Virus record (IMG/VR): IMGVR_UViG_3300037470_000304
Span: 1-58,664 of that record
Origin: a virus
Strand: one strand, 5' to 3'
Length of the DNA: 58,664 nt
The notes under the pieces were generated by a model. The model made no database searches. It saw only the letters and a list, made by a program, of their open reading frames with translations, and was not told the origin of the DNA. This document shows, piece after piece, positions 8,685 through 17,249 of this stretch. Every line of letters starts with the position of its first letter. Position 1 is the stretch's first letter. The position numbers and the translations under genes were made by a program.

Positions 8685-11075
8685 TCCATCCTTACCGGCG
8701 TCCTGCCAAACCATCTCGGTCGTTTGACCGATCGATGCAGGCGACAAGCGAGCGCGCCTGTATTCCCGAATCATCGTCACATAATGTTGCCGCTCGGCTG
8801 CTGTCGTGGCTGATTTCTCCAGCCTGACCAGCAATGGAAACATCTGATCCGGATCCGTTGTCGTGAGGATGTTCAACCGCTCGCCCGCCGCCTTCTCGCC
8901 GATCTTGCGCGCCAGATAATTCGACAAATCCCCGGCCGCCTTCCAGAACCGGCCGGTCAGCCCATTCGCCGCCGCGCTGGACAATTCTTGCTCTCCAGCG
9001 ATGGCATTCTGCACCGGCGCCGTTCGTGAGCCGCGCATCACATCGTTGATGGTGTCGGTTGAGATCGCCTCGCCGCGCAGGTTGCGGAGCAGGCTCTCAC
9101 CCCGGCGCTGAACATCCTTGCCGGCAGATTTGGGGTAAAGCTCCTCTACGATCGCGGTGAAGCCTTCATTGTTGAATTGGCGGGCAGCGGCGTTACCGCG
9201 CGGAACGCGCAGAGCATCGTCTGCCATCTGCCGTTCAAAGCCGACGCGAAAGATTTCCTGCTGCGTCGGCGTCATCTTGCGGAAGTCACGGATACTTTGG
9301 CGCGATCGCTGATTGAGCGTCTTGCCGAGCGATGCGCCGTCAGAAAGCAACCGCTCCGATGTGCGGTTCTCTGAAAACCGCAGATCAGCGTCGGTGAGGT
9401 CTTTGTTATTCGCCCGCGCCGCGTTGTTGATGCGGGTGCGAAAGCCGGTTAACTCATCGGTCAGCGGTGTGGATTGGCCCATATTCTTGGAGTCAGCGAT
9501 CATCTGGTCCAGTTCGCGACGCTGGTCGAGGAACTTGCTGACATCCGTTATCGGCTGGCCAATCTTCTCATTTTTCGACGCCCGCGAGAACTCATCCTGC
9601 TGTTCGGCGACACGGAAACGGCGGCGCAATCTGGCGATTTCGTCATAGGACTTGCCATCGGTGATGGCTTTCTCCATCCGCTCGCGCGCTTCTTTGATCC
9701 GCAAGCCGGTCGCGGGCGATTGCGGTGGTTCACGCAATTCCGCCTCAAAGAACAGATCGGCGGCCTTATTCATCTGCTCGGCGATTGTGCCGCCACGCAC
9801 CACCGACCGGCGCCGCATCGTACCGATGACAGGCTTCAGGTCTATCGGCTTGGCGTTCTGCCTGGCAATGCCGTAAGCCTGCTGTTCCTCGGTCTTGGCG
9901 ATGCCATCGAGACGCAGCGCTTCCTCATCGTAATTGCGGCCCTTCACGCCGGTCTGCTGGATGGTGTCGGCCACGCGGCCGGGCTGCTGATATTGTCGAT
10001 CGGTGAGCCGCCTGGCCGACTCCGCATCGCCGCCAATCGCCATCGCGGTGCGGCCCTGATCCGCCAGAGGCTTGGCGCCGCCTTCGCCGCGCAGCTCCTT
10101 TGCAACATCGATGATGTTGCGCTGCAATGGATTGGCAGTCCGGTACCTGGTCAGATACCCGCCAACCGCGCCCTCGCTGACCCCGTAACGGGTGGCAATC
10201 GCCCGATTGGTCTCGCCAGCATAGGACCGGGATATCATATCGGCGATTTCAGGCTCGTTGATGCCACGCGCCTGGAAATTCGGGCTCGGCGCGGGCGTCA
10301 GTTCGATGCGAACCTGTTCTGGGCTGATCTTTGCCTCAACCATCTTGTCGGCGACATCATCAATCGCCGCCGCCTCCGAATTGACAGCGCGCTGCACCTG
10401 CCGGTTCGCATGGCGTGCACCTTCCTTGATGCCACCGCCAAGACGCGCGGCCGCGTTCACCGTGCTCGGCGCGGCAATGCCGCCAGCGAGGCCAGCGGCA
10501 AACTCGCCGGCGGGTCCAAGGTCGTTCTCGCGTGCAGCCCCTACACCCAGACCAGCGCCGACGCCCGAAATCAGGTCATTGCGAAAAGTCGCCTTCGGAG
10601 CCTGCGCAGCCTTGGCGAGAATTCCTCTGCCCGCCGCGATAGCCTGTGGCGCCAGCTTGGCGCCTTCGCGGATGATGGCGGCCGATGGCAGCACCGTGCC
10701 GCCCACGGCCTCACCGACCGATCCAGCGACGCGGCCCGCTGTCGTTGCGGCTTCCTCGCCGGAATTGGCAAGCGTCGCCACATGGATCGGCTTGAACACC
10801 TCATCGGGCAACGGTGCTTCACGGCCAAGCATTCCCGCGCCAGCGTTGATCAACTGGCCGGGCAAATTCATCACCGTGCCCGGCAGGTTGATCGTGGCGT
10901 CGATGCCGCGATTAAAACCCTGCGTGAGCTGGCTGGCGACATCGGCGAGCATCCCGCGCTTGGGCGGCTCCTGAAAACCGAATTTTCGGCGCATGGCGTC
11001 GCGCATGATTTCCGGCGTGGTGTCATCGGGGAATTCGACAGTCACGCCGTCCGGCCCCTCGACATTAATCGGCAT
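8670..11075 (-). CDS. Large internal virion/ejection-like protein (801 aa)
   Basis: Size and position between the M15 virion protein and the fibres. Contains an HTH-like stretch NRAIATRYGVSEGAVGGYLTRY. Confidence 0.5.
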   Translation of the reverse strand: MPINVEGPDGVTVEFPDDTTPEIMRDAMRRKFGFQEPPKRGMLADVASQLTQGFNRGIDATINLPGTVMNLPGQLINAGAGMLGREAPLPDEVFKPIHVATLANSGEEAATTAGRVAGSVGEAVGGTVLPSAAIIREGAKLAPQAIAAGRGILAKAAQAPKATFRNDLISGVGAGLGVGAARENDLGPAGEFAAGLAGGIAAPSTVNAAARLGGGIKEGARHANRQVQRAVNSEAAAIDDVADKMVEAKISPEQVRIELTPAPSPNFQARGINEPEIADMISRSYAGETNRAIATRYGVSEGAVGGYLTRYRTANPLQRNIIDVAKELRGEGGAKPLADQGRTAMAIGGDAESARRLTDRQYQQPGRVADTIQQTGVKGRNYDEEALRLDGIAKTEEQQAYGIARQNAKPIDLKPVIGTMRRRSVVRGGTIAEQMNKAADLFFEAELREPPQSPATGLRIKEARERMEKAITDGKSYDEIARLRRRFRVAEQQDEFSRASKNEKIGQPITDVSKFLDQRRELDQMIADSKNMGQSTPLTDELTGFRTRINNAARANNKDLTDADLRFSENRTSERLLSDGASLGKTLNQRSRQSIRDFRKMTPTQQEIFRVGFERQMADDALRVPRGNAAARQFNNEGFTAIVEELYPKSAGKDVQRRGESLLRNLRGEAISTDTINDVMRGSRTAPVQNAIAGEQELSSAAANGLTGRFWKAAGDLSNYLARKIGEKAAGERLNILTTTDPDQMFPLLVRLEKSATTAAERQHYVTMIREYRRARLSPASIGQTTEMVWQDAGKDGSRAP

Positions 11076-12751
11076 TATTCGATCTCACCCGTTTGCGGGT
11101 TGAAACGAAGGGTTTTGACGGGCTTGGGCTGGTCCGGGCTTGGCGCGGCTTGTGGCCTGCCGCCCGCCGCCTTTTTCTCCAGGTCGGAGTAGGACGCGCG
11201 CATCATCTGTTCCAGCGTGCCTAGCGCAGCCAGATACTGCTCCTTCGACTGCGCAACGTCGAGGTTGGCAATAGCCTGCTCGCCCTTGGCGCCTTCGAAG
11301 TCGGTGACCTGTCCCGCGCCCTTCAGAGCATCGCGCGCGACCATGAAACTTTGCCCAGTCGCCTGCTTGTTCTTGGCCTGAAAATCGTAACTGTCCGTGC
11401 CGGGTATCCAACTGCGCGGATCGAACACATTCGATGCGCCCGTGCCAACGTTGAGACCTGGGTGAGCGCGCAGCTCGCCGATGGTCTTGAAGGCGTTGTC
11501 CACCATGGTCTTGGCGGCAGGCAGCGCGACTTGCGCCTGACCACCCAGCTTACCGACTTCCTCGGCGGCTTCCTTGCCAGCGATGTTTTTCGCAATAGCC
11601 GGTCCCGCCGCGCCGGTCTTCCGGTTCAGCCCGGTGAATTCCGTGCCAGTGTCCTTGAAGTCGTATCCGGGAGCCCACTTCGCCCCCTCGTCAAGCTCAA
11701 CGTCCTTGCGTCCACCCGCCTTGCTCATCTGTGTGTAGCGGAGGTTGCCGTCCTTGTCGGTGTAGGGAACCGGAGTGGTGCCGTATTCGGCCGCATCTGC
11801 GCCGCTCTGTTCCGTGCCGGGCACAATCTGCCCCGTCATGGTATCCACGACGCCCTGCTTGGATGGACGAAAACGACCGACCTGGGATTGCGGCTTGGCC
11901 TGCGCCACCTTCAGCGCCACGCCCTGTTTTACCAGATCATCATCGCCGGTCGACATCAGCGTTCTGGCCATGCTGTCGGTATCGTTCGCGCCCATCAGCG
12001 CTTGCGCGAGGGAGCCCTTATAAGCGGACTGCTGCTTATCCGCCTTGTCGCTGAGCGTGTAGCCCAGCGCCAGATCGCCGGCCGAGTTCAGCAAATCGCC
12101 CCAGCCCTTGGGCTTGGCTCCGGCAGCCGAGGCAAGCAGCGCATCGGCGAGCTTCGAATAGCGCATGTTGGGCGCGGTGAGCGGCACCGGGCCGCCAGCA
12201 ATGGGCGCGCCGCCGATTGGTGAGGCCATGCTACGAGGTTCTCCGTTGTTCACTGCGTTGACGGCGTTACCCGCCATGTGGCTGGATGCGGGCGCCCCAT
12301 AAGCCGGCAGCCCGTCCACGATGCGCGACGCCTCGAAATGCATAGGATCCGGGTTGGAAAACGTGCCTCCCCATACCAGTCCATGTTTACCTGCTAACTC
12401 TCCAACATCTGGCGGCAGGTTATGCTTTGCCGAACCGCGCGGATTGATATCCCAGTTCAGATCGATGGCATTGCCGAAAGCATGTTGGGAGAGCCGAGGC
12501 GATCCGGCGATGGTGCGATTATTATATCCCCCCGATGTCTTCGGGTTGAGCAAATAGCCCTTGCCGCCCAGATCGGAGAGGAAGGCATTGAACTGCGGCG
12601 CGACCTTCCGGGCAACGGTGAATTTGGCGCCATTGGGTCCAGCGATCGTCACCAGATCGGCCTGATCGCCCGGCGATAGACCGAGCGCCGCACCCTGGTT
12701 TGGCCGCAGACCCGCAAAAGCCGTGAACGAGCGGTTGGTCAAATCAGCCAT
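11075..12751 (-). CDS. Virion-associated protein with N-terminal M15 peptidase domain
   Basis: SQHAFGNAID (H-x6-D) and DPMHFE zinc-ligand motifs in the first ~150 aa. Long extension. Lies in the tail/ejection module. Confidence 0.7.
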   Translation of the reverse strand: MADLTNRSFTAFAGLRPNQGAALGLSPGDQADLVTIAGPNGAKFTVARKVAPQFNAFLSDLGGKGYLLNPKTSGGYNNRTIAGSPRLSQHAFGNAIDLNWDINPRGSAKHNLPPDVGELAGKHGLVWGGTFSNPDPMHFEASRIVDGLPAYGAPASSHMAGNAVNAVNNGEPRSMASPIGGAPIAGGPVPLTAPNMRYSKLADALLASAAGAKPKGWGDLLNSAGDLALGYTLSDKADKQQSAYKGSLAQALMGANDTDSMARTLMSTGDDDLVKQGVALKVAQAKPQSQVGRFRPSKQGVVDTMTGQIVPGTEQSGADAAEYGTTPVPYTDKDGNLRYTQMSKAGGRKDVELDEGAKWAPGYDFKDTGTEFTGLNRKTGAAGPAIAKNIAGKEAAEEVGKLGGQAQVALPAAKTMVDNAFKTIGELRAHPGLNVGTGASNVFDPRSWIPGTDSYDFQAKNKQATGQSFMVARDALKGAGQVTDFEGAKGEQAIANLDVAQSKEQYLAALGTLEQMMRASYSDLEKKAAGGRPQAAPSPDQPKPVKTLRFNPQTGEIE

Positions 12752-12762
12752 GGCTCAGCCCC

Positions 12763-13626
12763 TTACCCGAAAGCTCCCATGCCCGGACCAAGCTGCGGCA
12801 GCAGCATCGGCCCCAAGGCCGACGACAAGCCGCCCGTCGCCGCGCTCAGCCCGAGTTTGCCAATCCCAAGCAGTCCGCCCATCATGTTTGATTGCTTCTG
12901 CTGTTGCGCCGCGACGTCAGCGTTGTAGGCATTCCAGACATTGCCGGCGACATCCGTGCCAGCCGCCGACGACTGCGCGAATGGCGAAAAGCTCGGATTC
13001 TGCACGCCTTGCGAATTGCCCATCAGCGTGCTCAACTGCTGATACGGCATGTTGTACTCGGTCATGGCGTTGCCGTATTGGCGCTGGAATTCATTGGAGG
13101 CGTCGAGGTCGGACTGGCGCGAGGCCGCCAGCATCGAGCTGTCCTTGGCCCGGTTATATTCGCCCTGCTGGTCGTTCCAGATTTCCGCCCCGATCGGGAT
13201 GCCGCGATCCGACATCCGGCCTTCAAGCTCGCGCGCGCCCTTCTCGAACTGCGGATTGAGCATTGCCATCTGGCTGTCGAACGAGCGTTGCCGGACATCA
13301 TCGACATTGATGCCCGATGCATCGAACGCCCCCGTGGGCAGCCGGCCGATGGTGTCGCCGATCGCCGAGGAAATGCCCTGCTGCGCGCTCGTCTGGCTGT
13401 CGAACAGCGCCTGCATCTCGGGCGTCAGCGTGGTGTTCTGCTTGTAGATCGGCGCGCCGGTTGTGGGATCGACGCCGCTCTGGGTGTAGTTGATGCTGCC
13501 AAACGGCGACGACTGGTCGATCCGGTTCAGCGAGGCATTATACGCCGCCGTTTCCTTGTTCGATTTCGTCTGCGCATCCGACACCGCATAGGGGTCTGGC
13601 GTTTCCGGGCCATCTTTCTTACCCAA
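12763..13626 (-). CDS. Structural (ejection-module) protein
   Basis: 287-aa Gln/Ser/Asn-rich ORF on the late strand between the GNAT and the M15 virion protein. Confidence 0.5.
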   Translation of the reverse strand: MGKKDGPETPDPYAVSDAQTKSNKETAAYNASLNRIDQSSPFGSINYTQSGVDPTTGAPIYKQNTTLTPEMQALFDSQTSAQQGISSAIGDTIGRLPTGAFDASGINVDDVRQRSFDSQMAMLNPQFEKGARELEGRMSDRGIPIGAEIWNDQQGEYNRAKDSSMLAASRQSDLDASNEFQRQYGNAMTEYNMPYQQLSTLMGNSQGVQNPSFSPFAQSSAAGTDVAGNVWNAYNADVAAQQQKQSNMMGGLLGIGKLGLSAATGGLSSALGPMLLPQLGPGMGAFG

Positions 13627-13630
13627 GGCT

Positions 13631-14059
13631 TTATTCCCCTATCCAACGGCATTCGCGCCGTAACATGCCAAGCAAAAGCGCATCCTTGCCCGTGCCGAAG
13701 CCGTCACGAACGCATCCCTCGATTTGAAATCCCAGACGCCGGCTGGCATCCAATGCACGCTTGTTGCCTCGCGACGTCAGCGCGGTGATGCGGACACAGC
13801 CCAATTGCTGAAACGGATAGCCGAACAGCACGCGCAGCGTCTTCCGGGTCATCCAGCCCGGTTCGCCCGCCCAATGGGTGCGTATGTCGGCTTGGTCCGG
13901 CTCCATTTTGCGATATTCGGCATAGATCACCCCGCCGATGATCCGGCCGCCTCGGGTCACGCCTATGGCCTCGTAATCCGCTCGCGGCGGCTCTCGCATA
14001 TCGCGGATGCGGGAGGCAACCCAGGCGGCGACAAACTCGCGCTGACCGGCGAGGATCAT
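13631..14059 (-). CDS. GNAT-family N-acetyltransferase
   Basis: 142 aa. ...ITALTSRGNKRALDASRRLGFQIEG... resembles the acetyl-CoA-binding motif A region of RimJ/RimL-like GNATs. Confidence 0.65.
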   Translation of the reverse strand: MILAGQREFVAAWVASRIRDMREPPRADYEAIGVTRGGRIIGGVIYAEYRKMEPDQADIRTHWAGEPGWMTRKTLRVLFGYPFQQLGCVRITALTSRGNKRALDASRRLGFQIEGCVRDGFGTGKDALLLGMLRRECRWIGE

Positions 14060-14175
14060 CGATTTAGCGCGTTTTCAGCGCTTCTCGGAGTATCCGAGCG
14101 TTCGCTAATACGGCATCGGGGGCTTTAGGCGCTTTGCTCAACCGACATACCTCGAAGGATAGGTATTTGCACTGT

Positions 14176-14212
14176 TTGACATGGCCGCCAACTGTCACTA
14201 TCTTGGTGACAT
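14176..14212 (+). promoter_or_regulatory. Near-consensus sigma70 promoter with palindrome around the -10
   Basis: TTGACA (14176-14181), 17 nt, TATCTT (14199-14204). TGTCAC (14193-14198) and GTGACA (14207-14212) bracket the -10. Confidence 0.5.
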
Positions 14213-14235
14213 AGAGGCGGCAACGGGCCGCTCAA

Positions 14236-14523
14236 TTGATGGAGATGACCACGATGCACGACAATTTCGAAGTAATCGAATGCATCAATGTCGGTACTAA
14301 GCACTTCGTGCTGGAGCATACGAAATGCGGTGACTTCTCAGCACACTGCCAGGATAAACACACGCTCGAACTCACGGTTCTGACGCAACCGATGTCCACG
14401 CTGAGCGTCGCGAGGGCCGCTTACCGAAACGCGGTGGAGGATGCTGAACGTGATGTGGCACGCACTGAGGCCGGGGAGCGTGCAATCGAGCGCGCGCATG
14501 TTCAGAAACAGCTCCTCAAATGA
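14236..14523 (+). CDS. Hypothetical 95-aa protein (moron gene 1)
   Basis: Opposite strand to the late operon. Clearly AT-richer. The exact start among several Met codons is uncertain. Confidence 0.5.
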   Translation: MMEMTTMHDNFEVIECINVGTKHFVLEHTKCGDFSAHCQDKHTLELTVLTQPMSTLSVARAAYRNAVEDAERDVARTEAGERAIERAHVQKQLLK

Positions 14524-14750
14524 CCAATACCGAGAAGCTCCGCATTCTCGGCGAGGCACTCCACGGGCCTCGCTGGATGAGAGCGGCGGCCCGCGATCTC
14601 GGCGTTAATTATCGCACTATGCTTCGGTGGCATGCGGGCCAGTCGCCCATAAATGACAAAATCGTGGTCGAATTGCTCGCCATTAGCAGAACCAGAGCGG
14701 CCACGATCAACGCCGCAATGGAGCAATGCAGAGGCCACACTCAGAACTGA
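14520..14750 (+). CDS. Small HTH DNA-binding protein (moron gene 2)
   Basis: ATGA overlap with the upstream ORF. AAARDLGVNYRTMLRWHAGQSP is helix-turn-helix-like. Confidence 0.55.
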   Translation: MTNTEKLRILGEALHGPRWMRAAARDLGVNYRTMLRWHAGQSPINDKIVVELLAISRTRAATINAAMEQCRGHTQN

Positions 14751-15472
14751 ACCTTAGTGTTCTGTGAGGTGTCTCGTAGAATTTCGGCTATGTCACCAGC
14801 GGTTAAACCGTCTTCGTGCAGATAATCTGTCAATGGGTTGCGTCCCCAGTCAAAGTCGTGTGGGTTAATGCGGTCTCCACGCTGATGGATGGTCAACTCT
14901 GGAAGTAACCCCAACTCCTTTGCCGCCATCAAGCGGTGGCTTCCTTCCAGTGCCATGTAATGGTCCCCCATATCCACAACGCTGATTTGCGGAGGACCAT
15001 GGTGCTGCATCGCCTCCTTAACCTCGTACAATTTTGAAGGATGGGTGTCATTGATCATGTAGATGGGCCTGTCTATCTTTGCGACTGAACCCGCCCCGCT
15101 GAACACCGTTCGCCCCGCGTCCTTGGCCACCGCGCCCGCCATCCGCGACGTTGGCAAGCCCGTGACGGCTCCGAACCCCGACAGCCCCGCCAGCGCGGAT
15201 GCGAGCGCTCCACGCCGCCAGTCGCCTGCGCCGAAGGCCTGCACGGCGTCCTTGCCGCTATCCCAGGCATCCTTCGCCGAGATCGCGTTCGCCGGACCCG
15301 GAATGACCGACAGCGCCTCCCAGCCGGTCTGCTTCAGGTTCTTCGCGCGCTGCTCCGGCGTCACAGTCTGACGTGCAGCCAGCTCCTGCCGCAGCTTGAA
15401 CGCATCAACAGGCGACATGCCCGCGAACGGGTCGTCACCAGGCTGCAGCGCATCAGAAAGATAACCCGGCAT
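14741..15472 (-). CDS. Tail-module protein with C-terminal ParB/Srx-like domain
   Basis: Start trimmed to MPGYLSDA (ATGA overlap with 15472..16986). C-terminal ISVVDMGDHYMALEGSHRLMAAKELGL resembles the ParB N-terminal domain. The 3' third is AT-richer. Confidence 0.55.
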   Translation of the reverse strand: MPGYLSDALQPGDDPFAGMSPVDAFKLRQELAARQTVTPEQRAKNLKQTGWEALSVIPGPANAISAKDAWDSGKDAVQAFGAGDWRRGALASALAGLSGFGAVTGLPTSRMAGAVAKDAGRTVFSGAGSVAKIDRPIYMINDTHPSKLYEVKEAMQHHGPPQISVVDMGDHYMALEGSHRLMAAKELGLLPELTIHQRGDRINPHDFDWGRNPLTDYLHEDGLTAGDIAEILRDTSQNTKVQF

Positions 15473-16986
15473 CACCCCGCCCCCAAAGGCCCGCCCGGCG
15501 TCGCGATAAGCTGGCTGGCAAACCATGATACGGAATCCGCCGTGCTCAGCGTGCGCACCACCGGCGCGACAGCCCGGCCGAAGCCGCGCGAGGATCGCCA
15601 GCGCCGCTTTGCGGAAGCGGGCGCGCCCCAATCCGTGCCCCAGGGATCGCCCCATTGCGCGCCCGTGCCGGCGGTGGACAGATCGTAAACCGTGGCGCCC
15701 AGCGCGGAATCGCGGAAATCGATGTCCAGCGCGAATTGCAGTTGCGCCGGCCCGGTGGCGTCGATCAGCGGCATATAGGCATTGTACAGCGCGGCATTGC
15801 CCGGCCCCATCGGATAGGAGGCGCCCTGCCTGGCCAGCGTGACGATCTGGGCGCCGGCGTCGGCCCCGGTCGCATGCCGGTAGACCAGCCCCGTGGAATA
15901 GGAGCCGAAATACAGCGCCCCGTTCAGATCGGCGAATTGCGCGGCCGGCAGCTTGGTGTACAGCGTCCAGGCCGAGACCCGGGTGTTGAGTACATATTGC
16001 TTGGTTTGCGCCAGGCCGGTGGCGATGTTGAAATACACCAGACCGTCGAAGAAATGCGCATTCCACCCGGCATTGGCGCCGTAGCGGGCAAAATCGGCTT
16101 TCCAGCTCGGCGCGATCTTGCCATAGAGCGCCAGCGCATCGAAGGAAAACGCATTGCCGGCGATCACGGCGGACACCGGGATCGGCCCGGACACGGTCAT
16201 GATGACCAGCTCGCCGCCCACCTTGACCACCGCGTCGACCGCGACTGGCGCTGGCGCCATGTATTTGCCCACCAGCGCGAAATTGGTCGCCGGATCGCCC
16301 TGATAGACGATGATCTCGCCGGTGTTCATGATGAACACGGTGAAATCGTCGCTGCCATCGCCGGCATCGCGCGACCATGAGCCGATGGCGACGCATTTGC
16401 CGCCCGCCGCGATCTGCGAAAGCTGAAACGTGGTCAGCGCCCCGGTCACCGACCCGATGCCGCCATAGCGGACATCGGCGGAGTTGGTCTGCGTCACCCA
16501 CAGCCGGTTGCGCACCTGGCTGATGGTTTGCAGCGTGGTCAGCGTCGGCCCGGTAAAGCCGGTTGCGCCAAATGTCGTGCCGTCATAGCGCCAGGGCGTG
16601 TCGGTGGCGTTGACGCCAAAAATGTAGCCGTTGAAATTGGCGTGCCGCCAGCGGTTGACGGTGTAGCCCGCGCCGAGTTCGGTTGGCGATCCCGAGACAT
16701 CGTAGACCTTGCCGTCCGAGGCCCCGGCGATCAACTTCTGGCTGGATGCGCCCTTGAACAGCATCAGGCTGAGCACGGTGGTGGCGCCCGTTATCGTCTG
16801 ATGCAAGGTATGACCTGGGCGCACCTTCACCGCGCCCTCGTCGGGCAACCAGTTCTCCAGCACCCGCGCCTCGGTCGGCTGCAAGGCGGTGTAGGCCTCG
16901 CGGGTATTGAGCCCTTGGAACGGCGCCGGGATTGGAAATGAGCCGCCAGCGCCTTTCATTTCGGGGGTTGGAAGACGGTTGGCCAT
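15472..16986 (-). CDS. Tail structural protein (nozzle/tubular-B-like position)
   Basis: 504-aa beta-rich ORF following the adaptor-like gene. Assignment is by position only. Confidence 0.45.
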   Translation of the reverse strand: MANRLPTPEMKGAGGSFPIPAPFQGLNTREAYTALQPTEARVLENWLPDEGAVKVRPGHTLHQTITGATTVLSLMLFKGASSQKLIAGASDGKVYDVSGSPTELGAGYTVNRWRHANFNGYIFGVNATDTPWRYDGTTFGATGFTGPTLTTLQTISQVRNRLWVTQTNSADVRYGGIGSVTGALTTFQLSQIAAGGKCVAIGSWSRDAGDGSDDFTVFIMNTGEIIVYQGDPATNFALVGKYMAPAPVAVDAVVKVGGELVIMTVSGPIPVSAVIAGNAFSFDALALYGKIAPSWKADFARYGANAGWNAHFFDGLVYFNIATGLAQTKQYVLNTRVSAWTLYTKLPAAQFADLNGALYFGSYSTGLVYRHATGADAGAQIVTLARQGASYPMGPGNAALYNAYMPLIDATGPAQLQFALDIDFRDSALGATVYDLSTAGTGAQWGDPWGTDWGAPASAKRRWRSSRGFGRAVAPVVRTLSTADSVSWFASQLIATPGGPLGAG

Positions 16987-17244
16987 CTACGCGGACGGTT
17001 CGGCGCGTGAGTTGCGAGCGGCTACTATCCCATCCAAGGCATCCGCCAAATCGTTAGTGGATATAAGCCCATCGGGCAAAGCATCATGCGCTATTGCCTC
17101 TTTGAGACGAAGGTGCACCCATTGCCCCATCCCAGGCACAACAGCCCAGCAATAATGGGCCGGGATCTTTCCCTTCACGATCATCTCGCCATCGGTCGTT
17201 ATTTTGACCCACGCATAAAAAGTTTTGTCGCTTCGGTAAGTCAT
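16987..17244 (-). CDS. Hypothetical 85-aa protein
   Basis: Start trimmed to MTYRSDKTF. The upstream part of the track ORF overlaps 17250..17948 out of frame. Confidence 0.45.
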   Translation of the reverse strand: MTYRSDKTFYAWVKITTDGEMIVKGKIPAHYCWAVVPGMGQWVHLRLKEAIAHDALPDGLISTNDLADALDGIVAARNSRAEPSA

Positions 17245-17249
17245 CGCGG

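Noticed and set aside
8670-11075. Tape-measure protein, implying a siphovirus.
   Set aside because: No major tail, tail tube, chaperone-frameshift or baseplate genes accompany it. The neighbours look like podoviral ejection proteins. The call is left as an internal virion protein, with uncertainty.
9474-11192. Long plus-strand ORF (572 aa) opposite the 801-aa virion gene. Similar long antisense ORFs occur at 15655-16380, 18014-18937, 18880-19782, 21283-22215, 30174-31253, 30988-32280, 35140-36534 and 43620-44591.
   Set aside because: The sequences are Arg/Gly/Ala/His-rich and low-complexity, typical of shadow ORFs in high-GC DNA. Each lies opposite an ORF with recognisable motifs or a better operon context.
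15473-16501. N-terminal 343 codons of the 586-aa track ORF 14741..16501.
   Set aside because: This part overlaps the 504-aa tail gene out of frame and is Arg/Gly-rich nonsense-like. A clean ATGA-coupled start (MPGYLSDA) exists at 15472.
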